A stretch of 64,000 nt of DNA from Mobula birostris. Lineage: Eukaryota. Made by a program: the position numbers and the translations under genes. Under the pieces are notes generated by a model. It was given only the letters and a program-made list of their open reading frames with translations. It did not search any database and was not told where the DNA came from. The DNA lies in NCBI RefSeq assembly GCF_030028105.1, contig NC_092389.1:19641180-19705179 (forward strand). The letters are read 5' to 3'. This document shows, piece after piece, positions 26,022 through 38,000 of this stretch (positions are counted from its first letter, which is position 1; each line of letters begins with the position of its first letter).

Positions 26022-29000
26022 ACAATGAATTTTATTAATAAAAGAGCCAAAACAGTAGCCCTTAAAAGATTATGGATAACTCTGCCAGAACTTCACTTGC
26101 CAAGGAGCAGGACGACCAAGCAAATGAGGGGTTAACACCGCCCTTTAAAATACACTCCAGGGCACAAAGGAATCCATGCCCAGCTAATTTAAACCCCAGA
26201 CTTTTGACGAGCTTACAAGTAACTATTCTGATAAGAGAAAAAAGTCCAAGGATACTTAATTGGACACTTGCAAAGTCTCGAGGAAAATTAATGGAAGTAT
26301 TCAAGGACAATTGCAACTTAAATGTAAACTAGAGAAGACCTAACTGTAACACATTAAAAAAAAATCTGAAGCATGACATATTATAATTAATAAAACTCAG
26401 AAAATACAAAAAAATGCAAAAAATTCGGAGCCTGCAGAATACTCTGCCGACGCCCCAAGGTTGTGACATGTAATAGAGGAATGGATGTAGTGCTCAATTT
26501 TGAAATCTGTAAAACTTCAGAAGTGGGATTTTATTCACTTGGATAAACTAGATAGATCGAGGTTAGTGTGGAGAAAGTTGAAGCATGATTGAGCTGAGTT
26601 GTCAAAAGTATGAAAGGTGTTAATAGATGTTATCTCAATAAGTAAGGAGAGAAGGTTGCTTTTCCTGAACTGAGAGGAAGAAATTTCAGAGAATTGACTA
26701 AAGTGAGAGTTATGACTGAATGAGGATTTTACTGGCTTGAGTGATATAGTGTAGAAACTGGCTCTTCATTCCTCAAGTCCACACTGACATTCAAGTATGT
26801 ATTATTACTCTGATCTTAATGTAATCATCTTTTTCCTCCACATTAACTTATTGTTCTCCATTCCCTGATTCTACCACTCATCTGTACACCGGAGAAATTT
26901 AAAGTCACTCTACAGCCAACCAATTCACACAAATACAAAAACAATACGTTCGAAAAGCTCAGCAGGATGAGGTCTGTAACTCTTCAGGAGAGGTGGGAAA
27001 GAGGTTGTGATTAAACGTAGATGGTTTCTCTTTCCATCAATGCTGCCTGGCGTTCTTCCAGCATATTCTGCTTTCATTTCGGATTTCTAGAATTTGCACA
27101 TTTGTTTTATTTCCATCTTCCAACCCATGTGTTTTATTTTGAAATGAGGGAGCAAACTACAATGTTAGTTGTTGAGACAGCATCAGAGGATGGGACTGAA
27201 CCCAAGTCACTGGAGCTGTGTAGAGGGAGCTGAATATTACAGAACGTATTCTGGAATAGATGAAAGGGCAATAGAAGAAGGTTCTACAGTAAATTTTAAA
27301 AGGAAATTGCAGTTTTGAGTAAAGAGCAAGGAAGTGGTTAGATGTAGCCATGTCTATCAGAAGGCTTGTAAGTTACCATGATTCTATTTCAGCAGAGCAA
27401 GAGATACCAAGATAATAGTGGCATCAGTGGCTAAAAGGGTCAGATTGATATTAAATAGAAGGGCTATGAATACACTGGACAGGGTACAGCAAAGATTCTG
27501 TTAGGTAGTAGGGGATAGTAAATTCATGATAGGGAATAGTGAATTCTTGGTTCTGTAGTACAGTAGAGAGATCGAGGGACAAACATTTGGTAGGGAGATA
27601 AAGGGGGCCCTACAGAGATGGTTCTAGGCAGTGAAAGTCTCAATACTGGCCCAAGCCACGTACTATAGGTTGAAGTGAATCATAGTGAACTGATCTACTG
27701 AGATTTTCTAGCAATTTATAGCATTTTTAGCAAGATTAATAGTATGGACCTCCGAGCAAACAACAGCAAATAGATTGCTAAGTAGAAGGAGGAAGAGACC
27801 ATTGTGAGGATCGCTGTTAAAGACCAACTTCATCGGGTTTGAATTCAAGATGATGTATAAGGAGGAAATCGGATGTCGATGACATCAATTTCCTTAAAAT
27901 TGCAAAACCATGTTGGCATTTTCCTCTCAAACATACTACTGAGGTGAGAATATGACTCATTCACAATGTTGAAAGAAATAAAGTTACTCAGTGTTCCTCT
28001 ATCTTCGGAAAATGTGACTGCATGTGTGTGAGAAAGAGAGGGAGAGAGACACCTGAAAAGGTCATAAGTGTAAGCTCATCTTAAAAATACTTTTGCATCT
28101 GAAGCCATTCTCCTCCAAAAGACCCTCCAAATGCAAAAAAAGTAGATCAGCATAATTGTTCCAAAATAAAGAGGGTGCAGAATAGATTCACAAGAATGTT
28201 GCTGGGACGAGAGGACTTGGGACAGATTGGAGTGGCTGGTATTGTTTTGTGTGAGTTCTCCTAAGTTCTATATGACATGAATGCCTGGGCTTAAAGCACT
28301 GAGAAGTCGTTTTTTTCTGTAAACTGTGTACGTATGAAGGTCAGCAGCCAAGTTCGTGGGTGGTGAGGCACCTGAGAATTGTGGAGAAAGACACTATCTA
28401 TTCAGGAAAAAGATCAGGATCTCTGCATATCAGTGTGGGAGGAGTTTGTCTTCAGCTTTTGGGATGAGGATGAGTCAGGGTCAAGCCCAGTTGGTCATAC
28501 AATTAGATCATGGCTGAACCATTGTTAGCCTTAATATCACTTTTCACAATCTCCCCACACGCCTTGGTTCCATTGTATTTCAAATGTCTGTCAATCTCCA
28601 CTTTTAATGTATTCTACTACTTTACCTCCACAGCTCTTGAGGGCAAAAATTCCAAAGAGTCACAAGCATTCTGAGAAGTAAAATTGCTCGGGCCAGTAAT
28701 GTGCGTCTTCATCCCAAGTTATCTCCAATTGTTGCATTTTCTTTTTGACAATCCCCACCGTTACTTGATGATAAGACCGTAAGACCATAAGATATAGGAG
28801 CAGAATTAGGCCATTTGGCGCATCAAGTCTTTTCAGCAATTTCATCATGTCTGATCCATTTCTCCTCTCAGCCACAATCTTCTGCCTCCCCACCCCCCAG
28901 CTCCGAATCCCTTCATGCCATCTCCAATCAAGAATATATCAACTTCTGCCCTAAATATATATAAAGACTTGGCCTCCACAGCGGCCTGTGGCAAAACAAT

Positions 29001-32000
29001 CCACAGATTCACCACTTTCTGGCTAAAGAAATTCCTCCTCATCTCCATTCTAAAAGGACGCCCCTCTATTCTGAGGCTGAGTCCTCTGGTCTTAGACTCT
29101 CCCACCATAGGAAACATCCTCTCCACATCCACTGTATCAAGGCCTTTCACCATTCAATAGGTTTCAAAGAGGGCACCCCCACCCGCATTCTTCTGAATTC
29201 TAGTGAATACAGTCACAGAGCCATCAAATGCTCTTCGTATGACAAGACATTTAATCCTGGAATCATTTTTGTGAAACTCCTTTGAACCTTCTCCAGTTTC
29301 AGCTCATCCTTTCTAAGATGAGAGGCCCAAAATTGCACACAATACTCCAATTGAAGCCTCACCAGTGCTTTATAAAGTCTCAAAATTACATCATTGCTTT
29401 TATATTCTACTGCTCTTGAAATGAATGTTAACATTGCATTTACCTTCTTCATCACAGATTCAACCTGTAATATACCTTTAGGGTATCCTGCACAAGTACT
29501 CCCAAGTCCCTTTGCACCTCAGTTTTTTGAATTTTCTCTCCATTTAGAAAATAGTCCAACCCTTTAATTTCTTCTACTAAAGTGCGTGACCATACACTTC
29601 CTGACACTGTATTTTATCTGCCACTTCTTTGCCCATTCTCCCAATCCATCTAAGAATTTCTGTAGCCTCTCTACTTCCTCAAAACTACCTGCCCCTCCAC
29701 CTACCTTTGAATTTTCTGCAAACTTTGCAACAAATCCATCAATTCCACCATCCAAATCATTGACATATAACATAAAAATAATCGGTCCCAACACAGACCC
29801 CTGTGGACCACCAGTAGTCACCAACTGTCAACCAGAAAAGGATCCCTTTATTCCCACTCTTTGCCTCCTGCCAATCAGCTGCTGAGTTATCCGTGCTAGA
29901 ATATTTCCTGTACTACCATAGGCCCGTAGCTTGTTAAGCAGCCTCATGTGTTACTTTGTTAAAGGCCTTCTGAGAATCCAAGTTCCTTTGTCTACCCTGC
30001 TTGTTATTTCTTCAAAGAATTCCAACAGATTTGTCAGGCAAGATTTTACCTTGAAGAAACCATGCTGACTACGGCCTATTTTATCATGTGCCTCCAAGTA
30101 CCTTAAAACCACATCCTTAACAAATGACTCCAACATCTTCCCAAACACTAAGGTCAGACTAACTGGCCTATAGTATCCTTCCTTCTGCCTCTTTCCCTTC
30201 TTGAAGAGTGGAGAGACACTTACAATTTTCCAGTCTTCCAGAACCATTCCAGTATCTAAGTGATTCTTGAAAGATCATTACTAATGTCTTCACAATCCCT
30301 TCAGCCACCTCTTTCAGAACCCTGGTGTGTACACCATCTGGTCCACGTGACTTATCTACCTTCAGACCTTTCAGTTTCCCAAGGAACTTCTGTCAATGGT
30401 AACTTCACACACTTCATGACCCCTGACACCTGGAACATCCAGCATACTGCTAGTGTCTTCCACAGTGAACAGTGATGCAAAATGCCTATTCAGTTCATCT
30501 GCCATTTCTTTGTCCCCCATCACTATCCCTCCAGCATCATTTTCCATCGGTCTGATATCCACTTTCACCTCACTTTTACACTTCATGTATCTGAAGAAAC
30601 TTTTGGCAATATTTAATATTATTGGCTAGCTTTCATTTGTATTCCATCTTTACCTTAATGATTTTTTTTAGTTTCCTTCTGTTGGTTTTTAAAAACTTCC
30701 CAATCCTCTAACTTCCCACTAATTTTTGCTCTATTATATACCCTCTCTTTGGCTTTTATGTGGGCTTTGACTTCTCTCGTTAGCCATGGTTGAATCATCT
30801 TGCCTTTTGAATGCCTCTTCCTCTTTGGGATGTATACATCCTTGTGCCTTCCAAATTGCTTCCAGGAATCCCAGACGTTGCTACTCTGCTGCCAGTGTTG
30901 TATTCGACCAATTCTGGCCAACTCCTCTTTCACACCTCTGTAGTTCCCTGATAGATCTGATGTTTGCTTCTCCTTCTCAGATTTTGGGGTGAATTTGATC
31001 ATATTATGATGACTTTCTCTAAGTGTTCTTTTACTTTAAGTTCACTAATCAATTCCAGTTCATTATACTCTGTTGTACAGTGTAATGATAGTTCGGGGCT
31101 ACTATTCCCTGTTACTTCTTATGACCACCCAAACACATATCGAACCAATTTGCCCAAAAGTAATTTGCCCTTTATTAACAGATATTCTCCACCTCGCTTT
31201 CCTCTCAATCTATCATTCTGGAATGTCAATTACCCTTGAAAGTTCAACCGTGAACCTTAGCTACCTTGCAACTGCACATCTACAGCCCTTTGCCATCGAC
31301 TCAAAGTATTTGGGAGCAGGATGACTTGTATTCTAGTCATCTTGAAATGAATGTTAACATGGCATTTACTTACTTTACCTTTAGGGAGTACTCCAAATCC
31401 CTCTGCACCTCTGATTTTTGTATTTTCTCCCAATTCAGAAAATCAGCTATACCTTTATCCCTCCTACCAAAGTGCATTCCCACTCTTTGCCTCCTGCTAG
31501 TCAGAAATCTTCTATCCATGCTAGCAATTTTCCTGTGATATCATGTACTCTTATCTTGCTAAGCAGCTTCATGTGTGGCACCTTGTCAAAGGCCTTTGGA
31601 AAATCCAAGTAAACAACATCCACTGACTCTCCTTTGTCTATCGTGTTTGTTATTACCCCAAAGAATTCCAACAGATCTGTCAGGCAAGATTTCCCCTGAA
31701 GGAAACCATGCTGACTTTGGCCTAATTTATCATGTGCCTCCAAGTACCCTGAAATATTATCCTTAATAATTGACTCCAATATCTTCCCAGCCATTGAAAT
31801 CAAGCTAACTGGCCTATAATTTCTTTTCTTCTACCTCTCTCCCTACTTAAAGATTGGAGTGACATTTTCATTTTTCCAGTGCTCCAGAACTATTTCAGAA
31901 CCTAGTGATTCTTGAAAGGTCATAACCAGTGCCTCCACGATCTCTTCAGAACCATGGGGTATGATACATCTGGTCCAGGTGATTTCTTTCCCTTCAGATC

Positions 32001-35000
32001 TTGCAGCTTCCAAAGCACCCTCTCTTTAGCAATAGCAACTACACACATTTCTGCCCCCGACACTCAAATTTCCAGCACACTGCTAGTATCTTCCATTGTG
32101 AAAATTGATGCTAAATACTTAATAAATTATCTCACCATTTCTTTATCCCTTACTGCTACCAATCCAGCATCATTTTCCAGAAGTCCGACATCTATCCTCA
32201 CTTTTACTTTACTTTTTATATATTTGAAAACACTTTTGGTATCCTCTTTGAAATTATTGGCTAGCTTAGCTTCATATTTCATCTTTTCTTTCCTTGTGGC
32301 TTTTTTAGTTGCCTTCTGTTGGTTTTTTTTTACAGCTTCCTAATCCTCTAACTTCCCACTAATTTTTGATCTGTTTTACACTCTCTCCTTTGCATTTAAT
32401 TAACTTCAGGGGGATTTAGAACCTGAGAAAGGTGCAACTCCTGTTACAAGTAGGTTTGATGTTACAGTGAACAATTTCGAGTTGTAAAGTTTTTGATGTA
32501 AATTAGCTTGCCCATGGAAGGCACATGACTGCAGTAGATGGATACTGTTCCGCCTGGCAGTTGGTGACTTGTGTTCTGCAAGGATCAATCTTGGTGCTCC
32601 TGTTCAGTGATTACTTAGATGAGGATGTGGAGGGCCGGGTTAGTAAGTTTGTAGATGACATGAAGGTTGGAGGCGATGTGGATAGTGTAGATGGTTATTG
32701 TAGATTACAACAGGATATTCACAAGATGCAGAGTTGAGCAGAGCAGTGGCAAATGGAGTTCAGTCTGGAAAAGCATAAGGTGATACTCCTCGGAAGATTG
32801 AACTTGAAGGCAGAGTGCAAGGCCGATAGCAGAGTTCTTAACAGCATGGAGAAACAGAGGAATCTGAGTTCCACATACACAGAGCCCTCAAAGCATTCGC
32901 ACAAGTTGATAGGGTGATTAGGAACTTGTTACATACACCTGTTAGGGTGCATTCTCCAGATACCTTATAAGGCAACCGTAGCCTTCAGCCAGGAGCAGAT
33001 GTCATCAGGTGGTTCCCAACCTTCACCGAGTGTTTCGACCCTTAACCACGGCGCTCTCCAGTTGGTGGGCCGGCAGTAGTGGCCAAATCACTGCCCATCT
33101 GCTCCTGTCTTCCAGTTTCCCTCCTCTCGCCTACTCCAAATCCAACAAGAGGCTCGTTCTGCCTCTTCCCCCATCCTACGAGCTGCTTGTTTTTTGCTTC
33201 TTTCATTCAGGCCCAGATCTGACAACAACCGCCATGCTGATTTGGCTGGGAAACCTCTGCATCCGATCTCCACAGGGAACAACCATGCCTGCCATCGCTT
33301 GTCTACACTCCTGCACTAAGGGCTGGTACTTCAAGTCCTTTCTCTCTCGGGCCTCTTCCCATCCCTCCTCCCACAGCACAGTCAGCTCAACCAGAATTAT
33401 TTTCTCGTCTTCGGTTGACCACAGTACAATGTCTGGGCGTAGGGTTGTGTGCACCACATCCGGGAACTGCAACCTCCTTCCCACATCGACCCTCATATCC
33501 CAGGACCTGGCTGTTAGCAGCAGATTGGGCTTTGGTTGTTTGGTTACAAATGGCCTAGCTCCCCCTTTGATGAAGCTGATGGCCTTCCTCAAATCTGTGC
33601 CAGTCGTCCTCTCCTTGCATCTCTCCCACTCCAGTGTGTCAGCAAGAGCCAGAAGCACCTTATCATGGCGCCACCTATACCATCCTGGAGTTAGAGCTGT
33701 TTTACAGCTGGAGAGTATATGAGCCATTGTCCCCTTTTGACCACAGAGCTTACAGTTCAGGTCCTCTGTCATCCCCCATGTGTACAGATGTAATGGTGAA
33801 GGAAGGGTGTCATACATGGATCACAAGAGGAAGGAAATACGGAAGGGCTCCAGTCTCCATAACTCTGCCCATGAGATCTTGCGCTTAGGCAGATCCCATT
33901 TTGTCCAGGCACCCTGGGACCCTTGTTCCTCTGCCTTTGACATCCGCTTCTCTTCCTTACAGATCCGTACTTCTGCCTGTATCACGTCTAGCCTGTTCCT
34001 TTTGCTTGCATTTCCCCACTGCTGGATGTGAACTGAGGTGAGGCCTTGCCGCCCAATGCAGGGGTTGCCGATGATATCTCGCAGCTTCAGAGAACACACT
34101 GCCTCCTCCACAGCTGCGTTGGCTGCCCACTTGCGCCCAGATCTGGATGTAACGCCTGCTTGCTTTACCAAGACATCAATGGAATCTCTCAAGCTTAATA
34201 TGGCTCTGCATTTTGCCACCTTGAATTCCTCCACAACAGATGACAGGGGAAGCTGCAGTTGCCCAGAACGAATGTAGAGGCCCACTGAAGAGAAGCTTGG
34301 GGGAACTCCCAACCATCTCTGCAGGTGCTTGTTGGTTCTCCTCTCAATGCACTCTACGGCAGTCATGGGGAACTCATAAAGTGTGAAGAGCCAGAGAAGC
34401 CTGGGCAGAATGCCGTATTGGTAAAGCAGGGTCTTGGATTTACCAGGAAGTCCGGATTTGTCGATCTTCTTCAGCCATTCGTCTGTCTGCTTCACAGCAT
34501 TGGTGACATTGGCCCCGTCTGTCAGTGACACATTAAACCACTTCCCCAAGCATTTTATTGGGTTATCTTCGATGGAAGGGATGACCTCACCCTGAACTTG
34601 GAGGCTAAACTTGCTAGTAACTTTGCCCTTTCTGATCACCATGCACCTGGACTTCTTGGCCTTGAAGGACATACTCGCCCAAGTGGCTACATTACGCAGG
34701 GTTTCCAATACCCATCTTGCTTGGACATGTGACACAGTTGTTATAGTGATGTTGTCCATGAACCCTCGTAGAGCCGGCTGAACAATACCCGACTCCAGCA
34801 TTGGGCCATGGGTTATATCTTCTGCTGCTGATAATAGGAGGTTCATTCCCATAATAAATAGGATGGGGGAGATGGTGCACCTTGTTGGAATCGCCTTCTG
34901 GAGGTCCTGCCAACTAGTTGTGAAATGGGCTGATGTAAATCTGAGCTTGAATCCTCCTAGGTAGCTGGTGATCATGTCTCGAATAGCCACTGGGATTTAG

Positions 35001-38000
35001 TAGTGGTCGAGTCCTTCTAGGATGAGGTCACGTGGAATAGACCCGTAGGCGTTCGCGAGGTCTAACCAGACAACTGTTAGGTCGCCTTTTTTCTGCTTGG
35101 CCTCACAGATCAAATGGCTAATCATTGAGGTGTGATCCAGACACCCCGAAAAGCCTGGACTACCGCCTTTCTGGATGGATGTGTTGATATAGTGGCTCTG
35201 TGTCATGTAAGAAGTCAGCCTTCTTGCGAGCACAGAAAAGAAAATCTTACATTCCACATCCAGGAGAGAAATTGTCCTAAACTGGGCAATTGTGGAAGAA
35301 ACCTCTTCCTTTGGAATAAAGCATCCCTCTGCCAATTTCCAACTTGATGAAACAGTACCTTTGGCCCAGATCTTTCTCATGACCTTCCACAGTCTCTGAA
35401 GAAGCTTTGGGCATTTCTTATACACCTTATAAGGTATGCCGCTTGGGCCTGGGGCAGCTGATGCTTTAGCTTTCCGGAGGATGTCCTGGATTTCCTGCCA
35501 TGTAGGCTCCTTCACATTCAGCTCAATTGATGGATTTTCCAGTCTACGCACAGCCCGACTGGTTCCTAGTCCCGGACCCCTCCGTGGGTGGCTGTGTGCC
35601 TCCCGCAGGGACTCCTCTACCTCTGGCTTCGAGCTGGATTGTATACCAGATTTTTGTTGGCCGAGAAGAGTCCTGGTGAAGCTGAATGGATCTCTCACAA
35701 ACTGTGCTCACCTTTTCTCTCTCTTCCTTCTTTGCTGTCACAGATGTTCTGCCCTCCGGAGTTTGCACAGCAGAGTACAAGGCCAATAGCAGAATTCTTA
35801 ACAGCGTGGAGAAATAGAGGGATCTGAGTTCCACGTCCACAGAGCCCTCAAAGTATTCGCGCAAGTTGATAGGGTGATTAGGAATGGATATTGTGTGCCG
35901 GCCTTCATTAGTTGGGCAATTGAGTTCAAGAGTCATGAGGTTATTTTGCGAACTCCATAAAACTCTGGTTAGACCACACAGAGTATTGCGTTCGGTTCCA
36001 GTTGCTTTAGGGAGGGCACAGAGTAGACTTATCAGGATACTGCCTGGTGACGGAATGCCTTATGACGAATTGTTGAGCAAATTTGGGTTTTTCTCTTTCA
36101 AACAACAGAGGATAAGAGGCCACTTGATGGAAGTGTATAAGATTATGAGAGGCATAGGCAGAGTGGACAGCTGGCACCTTTTTCCTAGGGTGGCAATGGA
36201 CAACATGAGAGGACATGCATTCAAGGTGAGTGGAGCAAAGTTTAGAGGAGATGCTGGGGGAAGGCATTTTACACAGGAAATAGTGAGTGCCTGGAAAACA
36301 CTGCCGGGGATTGTGGAAGAGTTTGACACAAAAGGGACACTTAAGAGACTCTTAGGTACATAGATATAAGAAAATTAGAGGGTTATGGGTTGTGTAGGAA
36401 GAAAGGGTCTGAATGATCTTGGAGTACATTTATATAGGTCAGCACAACATCTTGAGTTGAAGGGCCCATAATGTACTGTACTGTTCTATATTCTACCCTC
36501 TAAATGGCAGCCAAGGATGTCTGTGGCAACACTCTAATCCCTTTACTATAGTCTGGACATTTGAAATAACCTCAACTATACCTCTTCCCACCCTGCCACA
36601 TGCAAAAATGCCATTCCCTATTCCCAGTTCCTCTGTCTCTGCCGCATCTGCTCCCAGGATGAGGTTTTTCATTCCAGGACATCTCAAATGTCCTCTTTCT
36701 TTAAGGGTCGTGGTTTCCCTTCTGCCGTCATCAATGATGCCCTCACCCGCATCTCCTTCATTTCCCGCACTTCGGCCCTCACCCCATCTTCCCATCACCA
36801 CAACAGGGACAGAGTTCCCCTTGTCCTCACCTACCACCCCACCAGCCTCCCGATCCAGCACATTATCCTCCACAAGTTCCTCCACCTTCAACAGGACCCC
36901 ACCACTAAGCACATCTTTCCCTCTCCACCCCCCTCCACCCCTCTCCGCTTTCCGCAGGGATCGTTCCCTCCGCGACTCCCTGATCCACATGTCCCTCCCC
37001 ATGGATCTCCCACCCGGCACTTATCCCTGTAAGTGTAAGTGCTATACCTGTCCCTGCACCTCCTTTCTTGCCATCATTCAGGGCCCCAAACAGTCCTTCC
37101 AAGTGAGGCAACACTTCACTTGTGAGTCTGTTGGGGTCATCTATTGCATCCGGTGCTCCCAGTGCGGCCTCCTCTACATCGGTGAAACCCGACGCAGATT
37201 GGGGGACCGCTTCATCGAGCAGCTCCGCTCCGTCCGCCAAAACAGACATGATCTTCCAGTAGCCACCCACTTCAAATCTGCTTCCCATTCCCATTCAGAT
37301 ATGTCCATACATGGCCTCTTCTACTGCCATGATGATGCTAAGCTCAGGTTGGAGGAGCAACACCTCATATACCGTCTAGGTAGTCTCCAGCCCCTTGGTA
37401 TGAACATAGAATTCTCCAACTTCCGGTAATTCCCTCCCCCTGCCTTCCCCCATCCCAGTTTCACTCTGCCCCCTCCCCCAGCTGCCTATCATCTCCCTCA
37501 TGGTTCTGCCTCCTTCTACTACCCATTGTGTTTTCCCCTATTCCTTCTTCACCTTTCCTGTCTATCTCCTCCCTGCTTCCCCTCCCCCACCCCTTTATCT
37601 TTCCCCTTACTGGTTTTTCACCTGGAACCTACCAGCCTTCTCCTCCCCACCCTCCCCCCACCTTCTTTATAGGGCCTCTGCCCCTTCCCTCTACAGTCCT
37701 GACGAAGGGTTCCGGCCCGAAACATTGACTGATCGTTTCCACGGATGCTGAGTTCCTCCAGCGTGTTGTGAGTGTTGCTTTGACCCCAGCATCTGCAGAG
37801 TATTTTGTTTATGAAATAAACTCAGACAGAATATTGAATCCTAAACCATTGCGTAATTTAGAATTAAGTCTGAAAAGGAAACATATTTTGATATATTTCA
37901 TGTAACAGAAAAGCAATCAGCAATTCAGTCAATCCTTACCCACCTGGTTCTATATCTCCATCATCCCCTCCCCATTTTTCTCCAACTATCACCTACAGCC

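Larger units (their letters stand above)
22437..26468 (-). mobile_element. Gypsy chromovirus (sushi-like) LTR retrotransposon, internally deleted, two LTRs
   Basis: Diverged LTRs 22437-22891 and about 26025-26468; outer ends TGTCAC..GTGACA; PPT gggagaggg at 22895-22903; gag YSIQFRT..LKDELA; [15 protein letters not shown]; chromodomain [18 protein letters not shown]. Confidence 0.85.

Noticed and set aside
25796-26135. ORFs with HT or CV dipeptide repeats
   Set aside because: Translation artefacts of the (TC)n(AC)n microsatellite.
27873-27943. Alternative leader [23 protein letters not shown] with donor AG|gtgaga
   Set aside because: It ends in phase 2, incompatible with the phase-1 V acceptor, and I found no bridging exon.
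32998-33042. GAAAC and CTGATGA close together in the HERO 3' UTR (minus strand), suggesting a type II hammerhead
   Set aside because: No valid NUH triplet and stem II cannot pair as written; a consensus of many copies would be needed.
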